64,000 nt of DNA from an uncultured Rhodothermales bacterium (GCA_964345505.1 CAYFRR010000001.1:13322-77321), one strand, 5' to 3'; positions 18,676 to 27,972 are shown, numbered from the stretch's first letter. The notes: generated from the sequence alone by a model not told the origin. Made by a program: numbers and translations.

Positions 18676-19170
18676 TTACCGGATAGAAGCAGAGGCAAAC
18701 TGAGCCCCGAGCTGCGCGCAGAGGGCTTCGAGGTGCTCTTGGTCTGTGGCGTTAAAGGCCGCCGGGTCGTTGGAGTCCACATCGAGCACGGCCAGCAGAT
18801 CGCCGGCTGGCGTGAGCACAGGAACGACGATCTCGGAGCGGGTGGAGGAGGAGCAGGCGATATGGCCGGGGAACGCCTCCACGTCGGGCACCAGCTGGGT
18901 TTGCTGCTGCCGGGCGGCGGCGCCACACACGCCGCGGTCGAAGCTGATGTGCAGGCACCCGTGCGTGCCCTGATAGGGGCCGACGCGCAATTGCTCCTTT
19001 CCGACAGCGCGGTAGAAGCCGGTCCAGTGGAAGTAGGGAAAGCTCTGATGCAGCTCGCAAGCCACCGTGGCCATCCCAGAAATCCAGTCCGTTTCTCCCT
19101 CCAGCAGCGCATTTATACGTTGGCGGACCTCGGTATAGCGGGACGTTCGGTCGAGCGTTTGTGTGGTCAT
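18676..19170 (-). CDS. GAF-domain protein (free methionine-R-sulfoxide reductase-like)
   Basis: GFYR..VGPYQG..C..I.FDRGVCGAAA....LVPDVEAFPGHIACSSSTRSEIVVPV pattern, typical of YebR/fRMsr. Confidence 0.8.
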   Translation of the reverse strand: MTTQTLDRTSRYTEVRQRINALLEGETDWISGMATVACELHQSFPYFHWTGFYRAVGKEQLRVGPYQGTHGCLHISFDRGVCGAAARQQQTQLVPDVEAFPGHIACSSSTRSEIVVPVLTPAGDLLAVLDVDSNDPAAFNATDQEHLEALCAQLGAQFASASIR

Positions 19171-19184
19171 GGAGAAGCAGCAGG

Positions 19185-19538
19185 TTACGTGGAATGTCGC
19201 GTGCCCCAGATGCGCTTGTCGGGAAGCAGGTGCACGACCAGCGGGCGCCGAACGGTAATCTGGCAGGAAAGGCGGGGGTACCCAAAGCGGGCCGCCAGCC
19301 GGTCGTGCCAGTGGACGGGCGCCGGCGCATCAGCGGAGAGGCGCACGCCACAGGTGGCACAGAGCCCACGCCCACCGCAGTTTACGCGCCGCGTGAAGCG
19401 TGCATACGGTGAGAGGCCGTGCCGCAGCAGCACCTGCCGCAGGTTGGCGCCATCAGGGATGCAGAGCGTATGCCAGGCTCGTCCATCCCAAACGTGTACC
19501 GTGTGTTCATCGGACGTACGGGATGGGGAATAAGGCAT
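19185..19538 (-). CDS. 2Fe-2S ferredoxin-like protein
   Basis: CGGRGLCATCGV plus a distal LSCQI Cys. Start at MPYSPS (19538); the ORF extends to 19844. Confidence 0.7.
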   Translation of the reverse strand: MPYSPSRTSDEHTVHVWDGRAWHTLCIPDGANLRQVLLRHGLSPYARFTRRVNCGGRGLCATCGVRLSADAPAPVHWHDRLAARFGYPRLSCQITVRRPLVVHLLPDKRIWGTRHST

Positions 19539-19560
19539 CAACACGCCATCGAACGGTGAG

Positions 19561-20460
19561 TTATGCGGGGACGGGCGCAGACACAAAGCCTCGCACAGCC
19601 TCAGCCACGAGGCTTGGGTGTTCTTCGTGGAGGCCGATGGAGCCCGGTACGCGCTTGTGCGCAACGCCTTCGACGGCTGCCATGGCGTCCATTTCAGCGA
19701 GCGACCGCTCAGGCGTGTCCTCTCCAATGAGGAGCAACGTCGGCACGTCGATCGCGCGGAGGTACCCCAGGAATTCCTCCCGGCTGTGGGCAGGGTCGAG
19801 TGCACCGGTGATAAAGGCGGCCGTGGCGTAGCGGGAGCCTGCATCCTGGGTCAAGGCCTCCTTGGCGTCGAGCCACTGGGGCGTCACCAGGGCCGGATTG
19901 GCAAACACATGCTGTTTCGCCATCTTCTCAATCATCCCACGAGATGCATTCAGGCGGTACAGCGCCGTTCCGATCACCGGCTGTTCAATGAGCCATTTCA
20001 TGAGGGCCAGCCACGCGGGGCGCTTGCCGCCCAGGGCGCTGGGCAGCGGACCTCGCCAGGTGGGGGCAGCCAGCACGAAGTGTGAAAATAATCGAGGCGC
20101 GCGACTGGCGAGCCGGACGGCAATGCCGGCCGCGTGACCAGCCGCAAGTACGGCGGGTGGCTCGTCGAAGAACTTGCGCACAAACGAAAGCAGGAAGCGC
20201 TGATACAACCCGCGGCGGTACCGCAGCAGTGGGCGATTGGAGCCGCCAAACCCGGGCCAGTCCGTGAGGGTGACCGTGTAGGACGTAGCCAGGCGGTTGG
20301 CGACCTCCCGCAGCTCCTCCCGGCTTGAAATGGTACTCAGCGCAGGCAACAGCAGCAGGGGCGGGCCCTCCCCGAAACGCTCGTAGGGAACCGCTACGGG
20401 TGTACCGTTGGACATCCACTGGTACTTGCGGACAATATGGGGCTCTTGACGTGTGGGCAT
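19561..20460 (-). CDS. alpha/beta-hydrolase-fold protein (nucleophile elbow reads GHAAG)
   Basis: LLLLPAL.., DWPGFGGS, elbow AAGHAAGIAV, IGEDT and GLHEEHP. Start at MPTRQE (20460). Confidence 0.8.
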   Translation of the reverse strand: MPTRQEPHIVRKYQWMSNGTPVAVPYERFGEGPPLLLLPALSTISSREELREVANRLATSYTVTLTDWPGFGGSNRPLLRYRRGLYQRFLLSFVRKFFDEPPAVLAAGHAAGIAVRLASRAPRLFSHFVLAAPTWRGPLPSALGGKRPAWLALMKWLIEQPVIGTALYRLNASRGMIEKMAKQHVFANPALVTPQWLDAKEALTQDAGSRYATAAFITGALDPAHSREEFLGYLRAIDVPTLLLIGEDTPERSLAEMDAMAAVEGVAHKRVPGSIGLHEEHPSLVAEAVRGFVSAPVPA

Positions 20461-20587
20461 AACAAAGGGTGCGATACGACGCGGAAAGTGGACAAGTGGG
20501 TGACTTAATGCACGAGGATAACGGCGGATCCATGGCGCTCGTGCTCGTCCGTTGGGCTGAGGTGTGCAGGGCGTGTGGGGAAGGCAG

Positions 20588-21022
20588 CTACCCCCCAACA
20601 GCGTAAAGCATCGCCAGCACGAGCACGCTGCGGGCAGCCCAGGCGATGGTGCGTAGCCAGTTCGTCTGGACCAGGCGTTGATGGAGGCGCTCCCGGAAGC
20701 CGCTCGTTAGCTGCTGGTGGATCGGCGCTTGCACCAGGGCTGTGGAGGCCCAAATGAGGGCGACCAGCACCAGCCCAATGCCGACCTGCCACCCTGTGAC
20801 TTCCGGAGGGGCCCACCACACGAGCAGGACGGCTGTCACAAGCTCGGTCAGCATGGGGGGCACCACAACGATGGTGATAAGCCGCACATGCGACTGCTGA
20901 TAAAGGGTGAATCCTCCTTTTCCTACGAGAGAAAACAGTGGGTAATGCACAATCTGGATGACAACAATCACCCCGAACATGAAAAGGGTGGCCGCCACAT
21001 GAATCAGCAGGAGAGAGAGCAT
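20588..21022 (-). CDS. small integral membrane protein (4 predicted TM helices), function unknown
   Basis: 144-aa hydrophobic ORF, 8 nt downstream of the oxidoreductase gene. Confidence 0.65.
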   Translation of the reverse strand: MLSLLLIHVAATLFMFGVIVVIQIVHYPLFSLVGKGGFTLYQQSHVRLITIVVVPPMLTELVTAVLLVWWAPPEVTGWQVGIGLVLVALIWASTALVQAPIHQQLTSGFRERLHQRLVQTNWLRTIAWAARSVLVLAMLYAVGG

Positions 21023-21030
21023 GCGGGGGT

Positions 21031-22290
21031 CTATGATGTCAACGTGGACCAGTCTTCCAACACAGCGCCTGCGGAGAGCCGGCCCGAGGCCAGTGCTCCG
21101 TTAAGCGAAGCCGTTGTACGGTGGTCGCCGCAAACGTACTGGCCTGGTGTCAGCCGATGGGGACGGACCGGCGGGGAGAGGAACGGGGGCGTCTGGTTGG
21201 GCAAGGCGTGCGGAATACGATAGGTGCGGAGATGCTGCCAGCCATGCACCGCCGGCCCAAACCAGTCGGCCAGCTGCGCCACGACGTCGTCCTGCAACGC
21301 TGAGGCGGACCCGTTGGGCATACCCACGACCACAGCCGCGATGAGGGCTGCGCCCGAGGGGGCATAGGTGGGCGTTACGTTCGAGAGCACGGCCAGATTA
21401 TTGACCGGCCCCTCATCCTCTGCATTCAGTACCAAAATAGGCTCGTCCACGGGGGGCTTCTCGGCGGCGAAATAGAAGCAGGTGGTGCCCTGGCCCTTCG
21501 GCGAGATGCGGCCGTTGCGCAGCAGCTTGTTGGCCGCTGGCGCTTCGGTGGCCACAACCACAGCGCGAGCCGTGTGCTGCCTTCCGTCGGCCGTGGTCAC
21601 GGTGCTGCCATCAATGGCGGTAACCGGGGTGTTGAGCTGAACAGTGTCGGGCGCCAGGTGGTCGGCCAGGTGGTTGGGAACGGCCTGCATGCCCTGCGCA
21701 GGCACCACGGTCTTACCCGAGCCAAACATGCGGAAGGTGAATTCGAACATGCGGCTCGAGGACTTGAGCTCGCGGTCGAAGAAAATGCCGCCGAAGAACG
21801 GGCGGAAAAACCGATCGATCATCCGATCAGAAAAGCCCCAGCGCTCGCGTAGCGCGGTTTCAGTTGTAATCTCCTCTCGGGCGAATACGTCGTCCAGCTC
21901 CCCGCGCATGAGCTTGGAACGTGCCCGCGCCACTTTCATCTTGTCGAAGAACGTCCCAATGGGGGAGAACACCATGCCCGGAGCGTCCATCGGATGGCGA
22001 AACGGATCGGCCAGCCGGTGAAACCGTCCGTCGAAGCGTATAAGTGCCCCATCGTAAAACGACTGCAGGTTGAGCGTTTCGTAATCGGCTTCCGCCTGCA
22101 ATTCGGGATACGCTGTAAGCAGCACCTGAAACCCACGGTCCAGCAGAAAGCCCTGCACTTCATCGGTCCGTACGCGTCCTCCGATGCCATCGGAGGCCTC
22201 CAGAATACGTACGTCGAGGCCCTCATGCTGGAGGTGCCGTGCACAGGTGAGCCCGGCCACGCCAGCGCCTACAATAACGACATCAGGCAT
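21031..22290 (-). CDS. NAD(P)/FAD-dependent oxidoreductase (amine-oxidase/phytoene-desaturase-like)
   Basis: N-terminal dinucleotide-binding motif [16 protein letters not shown]; 419 aa. Confidence 0.85.
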   Translation of the reverse strand: MPDVVIVGAGVAGLTCARHLQHEGLDVRILEASDGIGGRVRTDEVQGFLLDRGFQVLLTAYPELQAEADYETLNLQSFYDGALIRFDGRFHRLADPFRHPMDAPGMVFSPIGTFFDKMKVARARSKLMRGELDDVFAREEITTETALRERWGFSDRMIDRFFRPFFGGIFFDRELKSSSRMFEFTFRMFGSGKTVVPAQGMQAVPNHLADHLAPDTVQLNTPVTAIDGSTVTTADGRQHTARAVVVATEAPAANKLLRNGRISPKGQGTTCFYFAAEKPPVDEPILVLNAEDEGPVNNLAVLSNVTPTYAPSGAALIAAVVVGMPNGSASALQDDVVAQLADWFGPAVHGWQHLRTYRIPHALPNQTPPFLSPPVRPHRLTPGQYVCGDHRTTASLNGALASGRLSAGAVLEDWSTLTS

Positions 22291-22573
22291 ACGGCAAAGG
22301 TGTAGTGGGTAAAGAACTCAGATACTATGCTGTTCTACGTTATCAATCAGGTTAACGGGCAGTATCACCGAAAGTGTAGATGCAAGATGTAAATGTGATG
22401 GAACATGGGAGCCGGCTGTCGTTCTGTAGCTGCTTCATCCTGGTGGTGTGTACCGTGCGTCCGTGGCCGCACGGTGAAGCCTCCAGCGTGTCCTGTATGC
22501 CGGCCTGCTGTTGGCGTGCAGGGATTCCAAAGCTATTCGGCGTCGGGGCTTGGGTTATCGCCTGGCATGTCCA

Positions 22574-24019
22574 TCACGTAGTACCGTGGCTTGATACGGC
22601 CGTGTGGGCGCCCGGACGCTTAGGCATCGGCCCATCGTGCGGTGCCAGCGTGCGCCCCAGCTGATGGCGCAGCCCGGCGCCCAGATCTGTGTAAAGAAAG
22701 GAATACCCGGAGGTCTGCAGGCGTTCGGGCACGGCGCGGATGCTTTTGAGCAGCATGTCATCGGCCATCTCCCCCGCAAGGCGCCGGACGACCGGGGCGG
22801 GCATGCGCAGCAGCGCTGGCCGGTGCAGCACGGAGGCCAGCGTCTGAGTGAACGTGTCCATGCGCGCCGGGGCTGGAGCGGCAAGGTTGAAGGGGCCGGC
22901 GGCGTCCTCCGTTAGCAACAGGTGGTACAGGGCCCCCAGTACGTCGTCCAGCATGATCCAGGGAAAGTACTGGTCAGCCGGCCCCACGCGCCCGCCCAAG
23001 CCCAGCGAGAACGCAGGAGCCATCAGCTGGAGTGCGCCACCCGCGGGAGTGAGCACAATGCCGATGCGCGGATGCACCGTCCGGATACCCGCAGCGGCGG
23101 CCGGCTCGGCGGCTTCTTCCCACGCCCGGCAGACCGCGGCCAGGAAGCCGCCGCCCCGGGATGGCGTGCTCTCCGGCACCAGGGCCGCCCCCTGATCCCC
23201 ATAGTAGCCGACGGCTGAGGCGGAAATAAACACGTCTGGCGGTGCATCCAGGCCAGCCAGCGCTTCAGACAACAGACGCGTGCCGCGCGCGCGGCTCTCG
23301 TAGATGCGGTGCCGTTTCTGGCGGGTCCACAGGCCAAACACGTTTTCACCCGCCAGATGCACGACCGCGTCCATGCCCTCCAGCTTCTCGGCCTCAACCT
23401 CGCGATCTACGGCACTCCAGTAGATCTCGTGCGGGCCCGTAGGCCGGCGACGCACCAGCCGATACACCGTGTGTCCGCCAGTGGAGAGAAAGGCCGCGAG
23501 GGCGGAGCCGATCAGGCCCGAGGCTCCACTGATGGCGATCCGCAGCTGGCGGCCGCCGGGGTTGTAGCGCTGGTGCAGCTGGAGGTCCTGTTGGGTGATG
23601 CGGTGGCGGTAGGCAAACTGCCGATCTAACTCTGGCCCGCCCACCATGGTATCCAGCCACCCGCCAACCGGGCCGAGTGGCGGTTCGTAGGTCAGGTGGT
23701 CGGTGAGGCGCGTGCCTCCGTCAGGAGCAGGATCCATCCGGTGCACGTGGTTCCAGGCTGCAAACGGCCCCTGCACCTGCCGGTCGGCGAACTGGCGGCC
23801 GGGCTCCACGCTGTGATGCTCGGCCACCCAGCGCACCGATAGGGGTCCGGGCCCCAGCCGGATCACGGCGCGATCCCCTTCCTCGATCCCTTCAAACGAC
23901 TCAAGCTGCACCGGCGCCCAGGGCGGCGTCAGCCGTTGGAAGGCTCCGGGCCGGGCGTGCCAGTTGAAAACCTCGTCGGGTGAGGCGCTGAGGGTCGAGG
24001 CGTAGGTGCGTTCGGCCAT
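22574..24019 (-). CDS. SRPBCC-domain + TIGR01777/YfcH-type NAD-dependent epimerase-like fusion protein
   Basis: The N-terminal ~150 aa are polyketide-cyclase/START-like. They are followed by IAISGASGLIGSAL (Rossmann) and a DUF1731-like C-terminus. Confidence 0.85.
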   Translation of the reverse strand: MAERTYASTLSASPDEVFNWHARPGAFQRLTPPWAPVQLESFEGIEEGDRAVIRLGPGPLSVRWVAEHHSVEPGRQFADRQVQGPFAAWNHVHRMDPAPDGGTRLTDHLTYEPPLGPVGGWLDTMVGGPELDRQFAYRHRITQQDLQLHQRYNPGGRQLRIAISGASGLIGSALAAFLSTGGHTVYRLVRRRPTGPHEIYWSAVDREVEAEKLEGMDAVVHLAGENVFGLWTRQKRHRIYESRARGTRLLSEALAGLDAPPDVFISASAVGYYGDQGAALVPESTPSRGGGFLAAVCRAWEEAAEPAAAAGIRTVHPRIGIVLTPAGGALQLMAPAFSLGLGGRVGPADQYFPWIMLDDVLGALYHLLLTEDAAGPFNLAAPAPARMDTFTQTLASVLHRPALLRMPAPVVRRLAGEMADDMLLKSIRAVPERLQTSGYSFLYTDLGAGLRHQLGRTLAPHDGPMPKRPGAHTAVSSHGTT

Positions 24020-24025
24020 GGGCGC

Positions 24026-25477
24026 TTATTTGATCATCTCGTAGGCGTCGAGGGCCTGCTGGCGGGCTTCGCTGTGGTCAACCATCGGCTCGGGGTACGT
24101 GTCGCCGAGGGTAATGCCGGCGGCTTTCAGCGCTCCGCTCGGGGCGTCCCACGGCGCATGCAGATACTTCGTCGGCAATGCGGCCAACTCTGGCACAAAG
24201 CGGCGGATGTAGTCGCCATTCGGGTCGTGGCGCTCGCTTTGCGAGATGGGGTTGAAAATGCGAAAGAAGGGCTGCGCGTCGGCGCCGCTCCCGGCGGCCC
24301 ATTGCCAGCCCATCGTGTTGCTGGCGAGGTCGCCGTCTACCAGCTTACTCCAAAACCAGCGCGCGCCTTCCAGCCAGTGGATCTGCAGATCCTTCGTCAG
24401 GAAGGACCCCACGACCATACGCATCCGGTTGTGCATCCAGCCCGTTTCGTAGAGCTGGCGCATCCCGGCGTCTACAATAGGATAGCCCGTCTGGCCACGC
24501 TGCCAGCGCTCCAATGCCTCAGCGTCTTGTGTCCAGGGGAAGTCCGCAAACTTGTCCTTGAGGGGCTGCGTGTCGGTCTCTGGGTAATGATGCAGCAGAT
24601 GGTAGGAGAACTCCCGCCAGACGATCTCCTGCAGATACGACTCGGCATCTTCGTGGATATCGCCGTCCAGCGCCTCGTGGGTGGCATGCCAGATCTGGCG
24701 GGGCGAGAGCTCGCCGTGGTGGAGGTAGGGAGAGAGGCGCGAAGTGCCATCCTGATCGGGGCGGTCGCGGGCGGTGTCGTAGGCCCGAATCTTCTCCGAC
24801 AGAAACGTCTCAAGCCGCTGGTGGGCTGCGGCTTCGCCCGGCGTCCAGGCCGCGCGCAGTCCGTCCGCTCGGCCGACGTCGTTCTCGGCATCTGGCAGCA
24901 ACTGAAAGGCTGACACGTCATCAGAGGCGGGCCACTCGTCTGGTGCTGTGCCCGCGAGCGAGGGCTCAGGCAGGGGCGGGGTGGCTGCGCGCGTCTGATC
25001 CAGGAGTTTGTTGAATTTCCGCCAGAACGGAGTGTAGACGTGGTAGGGGCCGCCGGTCGTGGTTTCGATAGCGTCTGGATCATGCAGGAGGCGCCCGGGA
25101 AAGCGCGTCACGTCGAGCCCCTTGTCCCTAAAGTGCGAAATGAGGTCGGCATCCCGGGTATCGAGCGCAGGCACATGGCGCTGATTCCAGTAGATGCCAT
25201 CGGCGCCAGTCTCTTCAATAAGGGAGTCCAACACGTCAGCGCTGGCGCCGGCGCGCAAGATAAGCCGCGACCCTGCGTCGGCAAGCCGTTCTTGCAGCTG
25301 GGTTAGCGAATGATGCAGCCACCAACGATGCGCTCCGCCGGGGGCCCAGGCACCTTCTTCATCGGGGGCCCAGATAAACAGCGGGATGATGGTGTCGGCA
25401 TCCTCCACCGCATGTGCAAGGGCGGGGTTGTCGCCGAGGCGCAGGTCGTTGCGGAGCCAGACGAGAAGGGTAGACAT
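24026..25477 (-). CDS. phrB: deoxyribodipyrimidine photolyase (class I CPD type)
   Basis: LVWLRNDLRLGDNPAL N-terminus and FAD-domain motif GWQWAAGSGADAQPFFRIFNP. Confidence 0.9.
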   Translation of the reverse strand: MSTLLVWLRNDLRLGDNPALAHAVEDADTIIPLFIWAPDEEGAWAPGGAHRWWLHHSLTQLQERLADAGSRLILRAGASADVLDSLIEETGADGIYWNQRHVPALDTRDADLISHFRDKGLDVTRFPGRLLHDPDAIETTTGGPYHVYTPFWRKFNKLLDQTRAATPPLPEPSLAGTAPDEWPASDDVSAFQLLPDAENDVGRADGLRAAWTPGEAAAHQRLETFLSEKIRAYDTARDRPDQDGTSRLSPYLHHGELSPRQIWHATHEALDGDIHEDAESYLQEIVWREFSYHLLHHYPETDTQPLKDKFADFPWTQDAEALERWQRGQTGYPIVDAGMRQLYETGWMHNRMRMVVGSFLTKDLQIHWLEGARWFWSKLVDGDLASNTMGWQWAAGSGADAQPFFRIFNPISQSERHDPNGDYIRRFVPELAALPTKYLHAPWDAPSGALKAAGITLGDTYPEPMVDHSEARQQALDAYEMIK

Positions 25478-25506
25478 GGTGCGGTTTAGAAAATACAGAT
25501 AGGTTA

Positions 25507-27054
25507 TTACAAGGAGCCGTCCGCCGCTTTTGCCCGGACCTCTGCGGCACGCTCCTGGATGGCCTCCAGCTGATCGTCCGACTTCCGCCGCACGTTGGCC
25601 AGTTGGAAGTTCATGCGACGGTTGCCGCTGAGGGTGTCTTCGTGGCGCTGTAGGAAATCCCAGTACAGCGTAGTGAACGGGCAGGCATCCTCACCTGCAG
25701 AAACGTCCGGATCGTAGCGGCAGTGGCTGCAGTAGTTGCTCATCCGGTTGATGTACTTGCCGGAGGCAGTGTACGGCTTCGTGGCGACCAAGCCGCCGTC
25801 GGCGTACTGGCTCATGCCGATGGTGTTGGGTGCTGAGACCCACGGCCAGGCGTCGGCATACATGCTGAGGTGCCAGGCGTCAAATTCTTGCGGATCAGCG
25901 CCGTAGAGCAGACTGAAGAGGCCGGTCACCATAAGGCGCTGGATGTGGTGCGCATAAGCAGTCTCCTTCAGCTGGTCGACTGTCTGCTGTACGCACATCA
26001 TGTGCGTCTCGCCCGACCAGTAGAAGTCGGGCAGCGATTCGGTGGCCTCCAGCGCGTTGCGCTCGTCGTACCCCTCGCCGGCGTGGTAGTACACGCCACG
26101 AATAAACTCGCGCCAGCCCAAGATCTGCCGGATAAATCCTTCCACTGCGTTGATGGGCGCATCGCCCGCATGATACGCTTCCTCTGCAGCGTCAATGGCC
26201 TGCCGGGGATGGAGCAGGCGCAGGTTCAGGGCGGTGGAAAGCCGCGAGTGGTAGAGAAACGGCTCGTTCGTCCACATCGCATCCTGGTAGGTGCCGAACG
26301 TGGGGAGGCGGTTCGTGATGAAATCCTCCAGTGCGTCTTCGGCCTGCGCTGGCGTGACGGGCAGGTTGAATCCGTCGAGGGTGCCCGGATGGTCGGCGAA
26401 GGTCTCGTCCACAAGAGCACAGACGTCATCCGTGATCGCATCCGAAGCAAACGTCGGCGGCTCGGGCAGCAGCCCCGGGCCATCCGAAGAGAACGACTCC
26501 CGGTTGTCGCCGTCAAAATTCCACTCTCCGCCGACTGGGTCGCGCTTCCCTTCGATGAGCACGTCGTGGTCGCGCCGCATCTCCCGATAGAAGTACTCCA
26601 GGGTCAGCCGCTTACGCCCGTCGGCCCATGCATCGAAATATGCTGGAGTGGACAAGAAGTGGGCGTCGTCGTGCAGTGTCAGCGGGACTTCTGCTTCCTC
26701 ACACGCTGCCTCTATCGTGTGCAGCTGGCGGAGGTCGCCGGGCAGCACCACATGCACCTCATCGGCGGCATGCGCATCGATTTTCGCCTGAAGCCACGGG
26801 CCGAGCGCGGTGGGGGCGTCGGTAGAGGTCAGGGGCTGATAGTCTACACGAAGGCCGCGGGCTTCCAGGTCTTCCCTAAAGTGCCGCATGGCGGATAGGA
26901 TGAGCGCCAGGCGGATCTTGTGGAAGGGCTGTGCGCGGAAGGTCTCGGGCAACTCCGCCATCAGCACGATATCCGTGTCAGGATTGGCGTCGGCAAGGAG
27001 GATGCTCTCGCGGTCCAGCTGGTCTTCGAGTACGAGTAGAAGTCGGGTAGCCAT
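25507..27054 (-). CDS. cryptochrome/photolyase-family protein, Fe-S bacterial (6-4) photolyase type (FeS-BCP/CryB-PhrB-like)
   Basis: COG3046-like N-terminus. Cys pattern C..(~90 aa)..YCSHCRYDPDVSAGEDAC (C-x2-C-x12-C) matches the 4Fe-4S ligands of this family. Confidence 0.85.
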   Translation of the reverse strand: MATRLLLVLEDQLDRESILLADANPDTDIVLMAELPETFRAQPFHKIRLALILSAMRHFREDLEARGLRVDYQPLTSTDAPTALGPWLQAKIDAHAADEVHVVLPGDLRQLHTIEAACEEAEVPLTLHDDAHFLSTPAYFDAWADGRKRLTLEYFYREMRRDHDVLIEGKRDPVGGEWNFDGDNRESFSSDGPGLLPEPPTFASDAITDDVCALVDETFADHPGTLDGFNLPVTPAQAEDALEDFITNRLPTFGTYQDAMWTNEPFLYHSRLSTALNLRLLHPRQAIDAAEEAYHAGDAPINAVEGFIRQILGWREFIRGVYYHAGEGYDERNALEATESLPDFYWSGETHMMCVQQTVDQLKETAYAHHIQRLMVTGLFSLLYGADPQEFDAWHLSMYADAWPWVSAPNTIGMSQYADGGLVATKPYTASGKYINRMSNYCSHCRYDPDVSAGEDACPFTTLYWDFLQRHEDTLSGNRRMNFQLANVRRKSDDQLEAIQERAAEVRAKAADGSL

Positions 27055-27797
27055 TACTGCCCCCGTACGGTTCCGAGCCCACCATCCACGCCGATGACCT
27101 GCCCGGTGACCCAGCTACTCGTATCGGTCAGGAGCCAGTGCGCGGCCGGCGCCACATCTTCGGGCGTGCCCACACGGCCAAGCGCGTGCATCTTCTCTGA
27201 CTGCTTCCGGCCAGCATTGCTGCTCAGGATGTGCTGCGACAGGGGCGTATCGACGAGCCCTGGCGCCATGGCGTTCACTCGTACATTTCTCCGGGCGTAC
27301 GTGGCGGCCGCTGATCGCGTAAGGCCCAGAATGCCAGCCTTTGCCGCCGCAATGGCTTCGTGGTTCTTAAGCCCCGTTCGCGCTACGGCTGATGAGCTCA
27401 GCACAATCGAGCCGCCGTTCTTCATCATGGCGCGGGCTGCGGCTTTCACGGTGAAGAAGCTGGTGTCAAGGTTTTTTGCCAGGGTCATCCGGTATTCGTC
27501 GACGGACGTCAGATGGGCTGGCTTCAGGAGGATGGATCCGATGAAGTTGCCCACCCCATCGAGCCGCCCGTATGTGTCTGTTGCGTGGTCGACGATGCGT
27601 TGCACGTCGTCGTAGTTGGTGGCGTCAAGCGGGAAGGCATCCCCATCAACTTCACCGGCTAAGTCGTTCAGGTCGGATTCGGTGCGGGCCCCGAGGATGA
27701 GCTTGGCGCCGTCTGCCGCCAGGAGCCGCGTGACGTGCGACCCGATGCCGCCGGTCGCGCCAATGATGATATAAACGGGAGTATCAGGTTCTGACAT
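27054..27797 (-). CDS. short-chain dehydrogenase/reductase family protein (atypical: IAAAK in place of YxxxK)
   Basis: IIGATGGIGSHV cofactor motif and NVRVNAMAPG. The stop overlaps the start of the downstream gene (TAATG). Confidence 0.88.
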   Translation of the reverse strand: MSEPDTPVYIIIGATGGIGSHVTRLLAADGAKLILGARTESDLNDLAGEVDGDAFPLDATNYDDVQRIVDHATDTYGRLDGVGNFIGSILLKPAHLTSVDEYRMTLAKNLDTSFFTVKAAARAMMKNGGSIVLSSSAVARTGLKNHEAIAAAKAGILGLTRSAAATYARRNVRVNAMAPGLVDTPLSQHILSSNAGRKQSEKMHALGRVGTPEDVAPAAHWLLTDTSSWVTGQVIGVDGGLGTVRGQ

Positions 27798-27972
27798 AAA
27801 GTGTGTGTCCGGTAGTGATGCGTAAGTAAAGGGTGTAGCGGTACCATGGGCTTTGTGCTCGTAGCACGGAAGCCTTCTCGCGGAGGATCCAATAGCAGGC
27901 GCATATATTCAGATTGTTACCCGGCGGGCAGTCCCCACGGCACGGACCTCCAAGGCGCTACATCCGCTGTAC

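Noticed and set aside
22380-22664. 94-aa plus-strand ORF in the 283-nt gap of the photolyase block
   Set aside because: It is Cys/Trp-rich with implausible composition and runs into the 3' end of the TIGR01777-type gene. The gap more likely holds a terminator-like hairpin (CCGTGCG..CGCACGG at 22453-22474) and a promoter.
25870-26898. 342-aa plus-strand ORF
   Set aside because: It lies antisense to the FeS-BCP photolyase-family gene. It is a shadow ORF.
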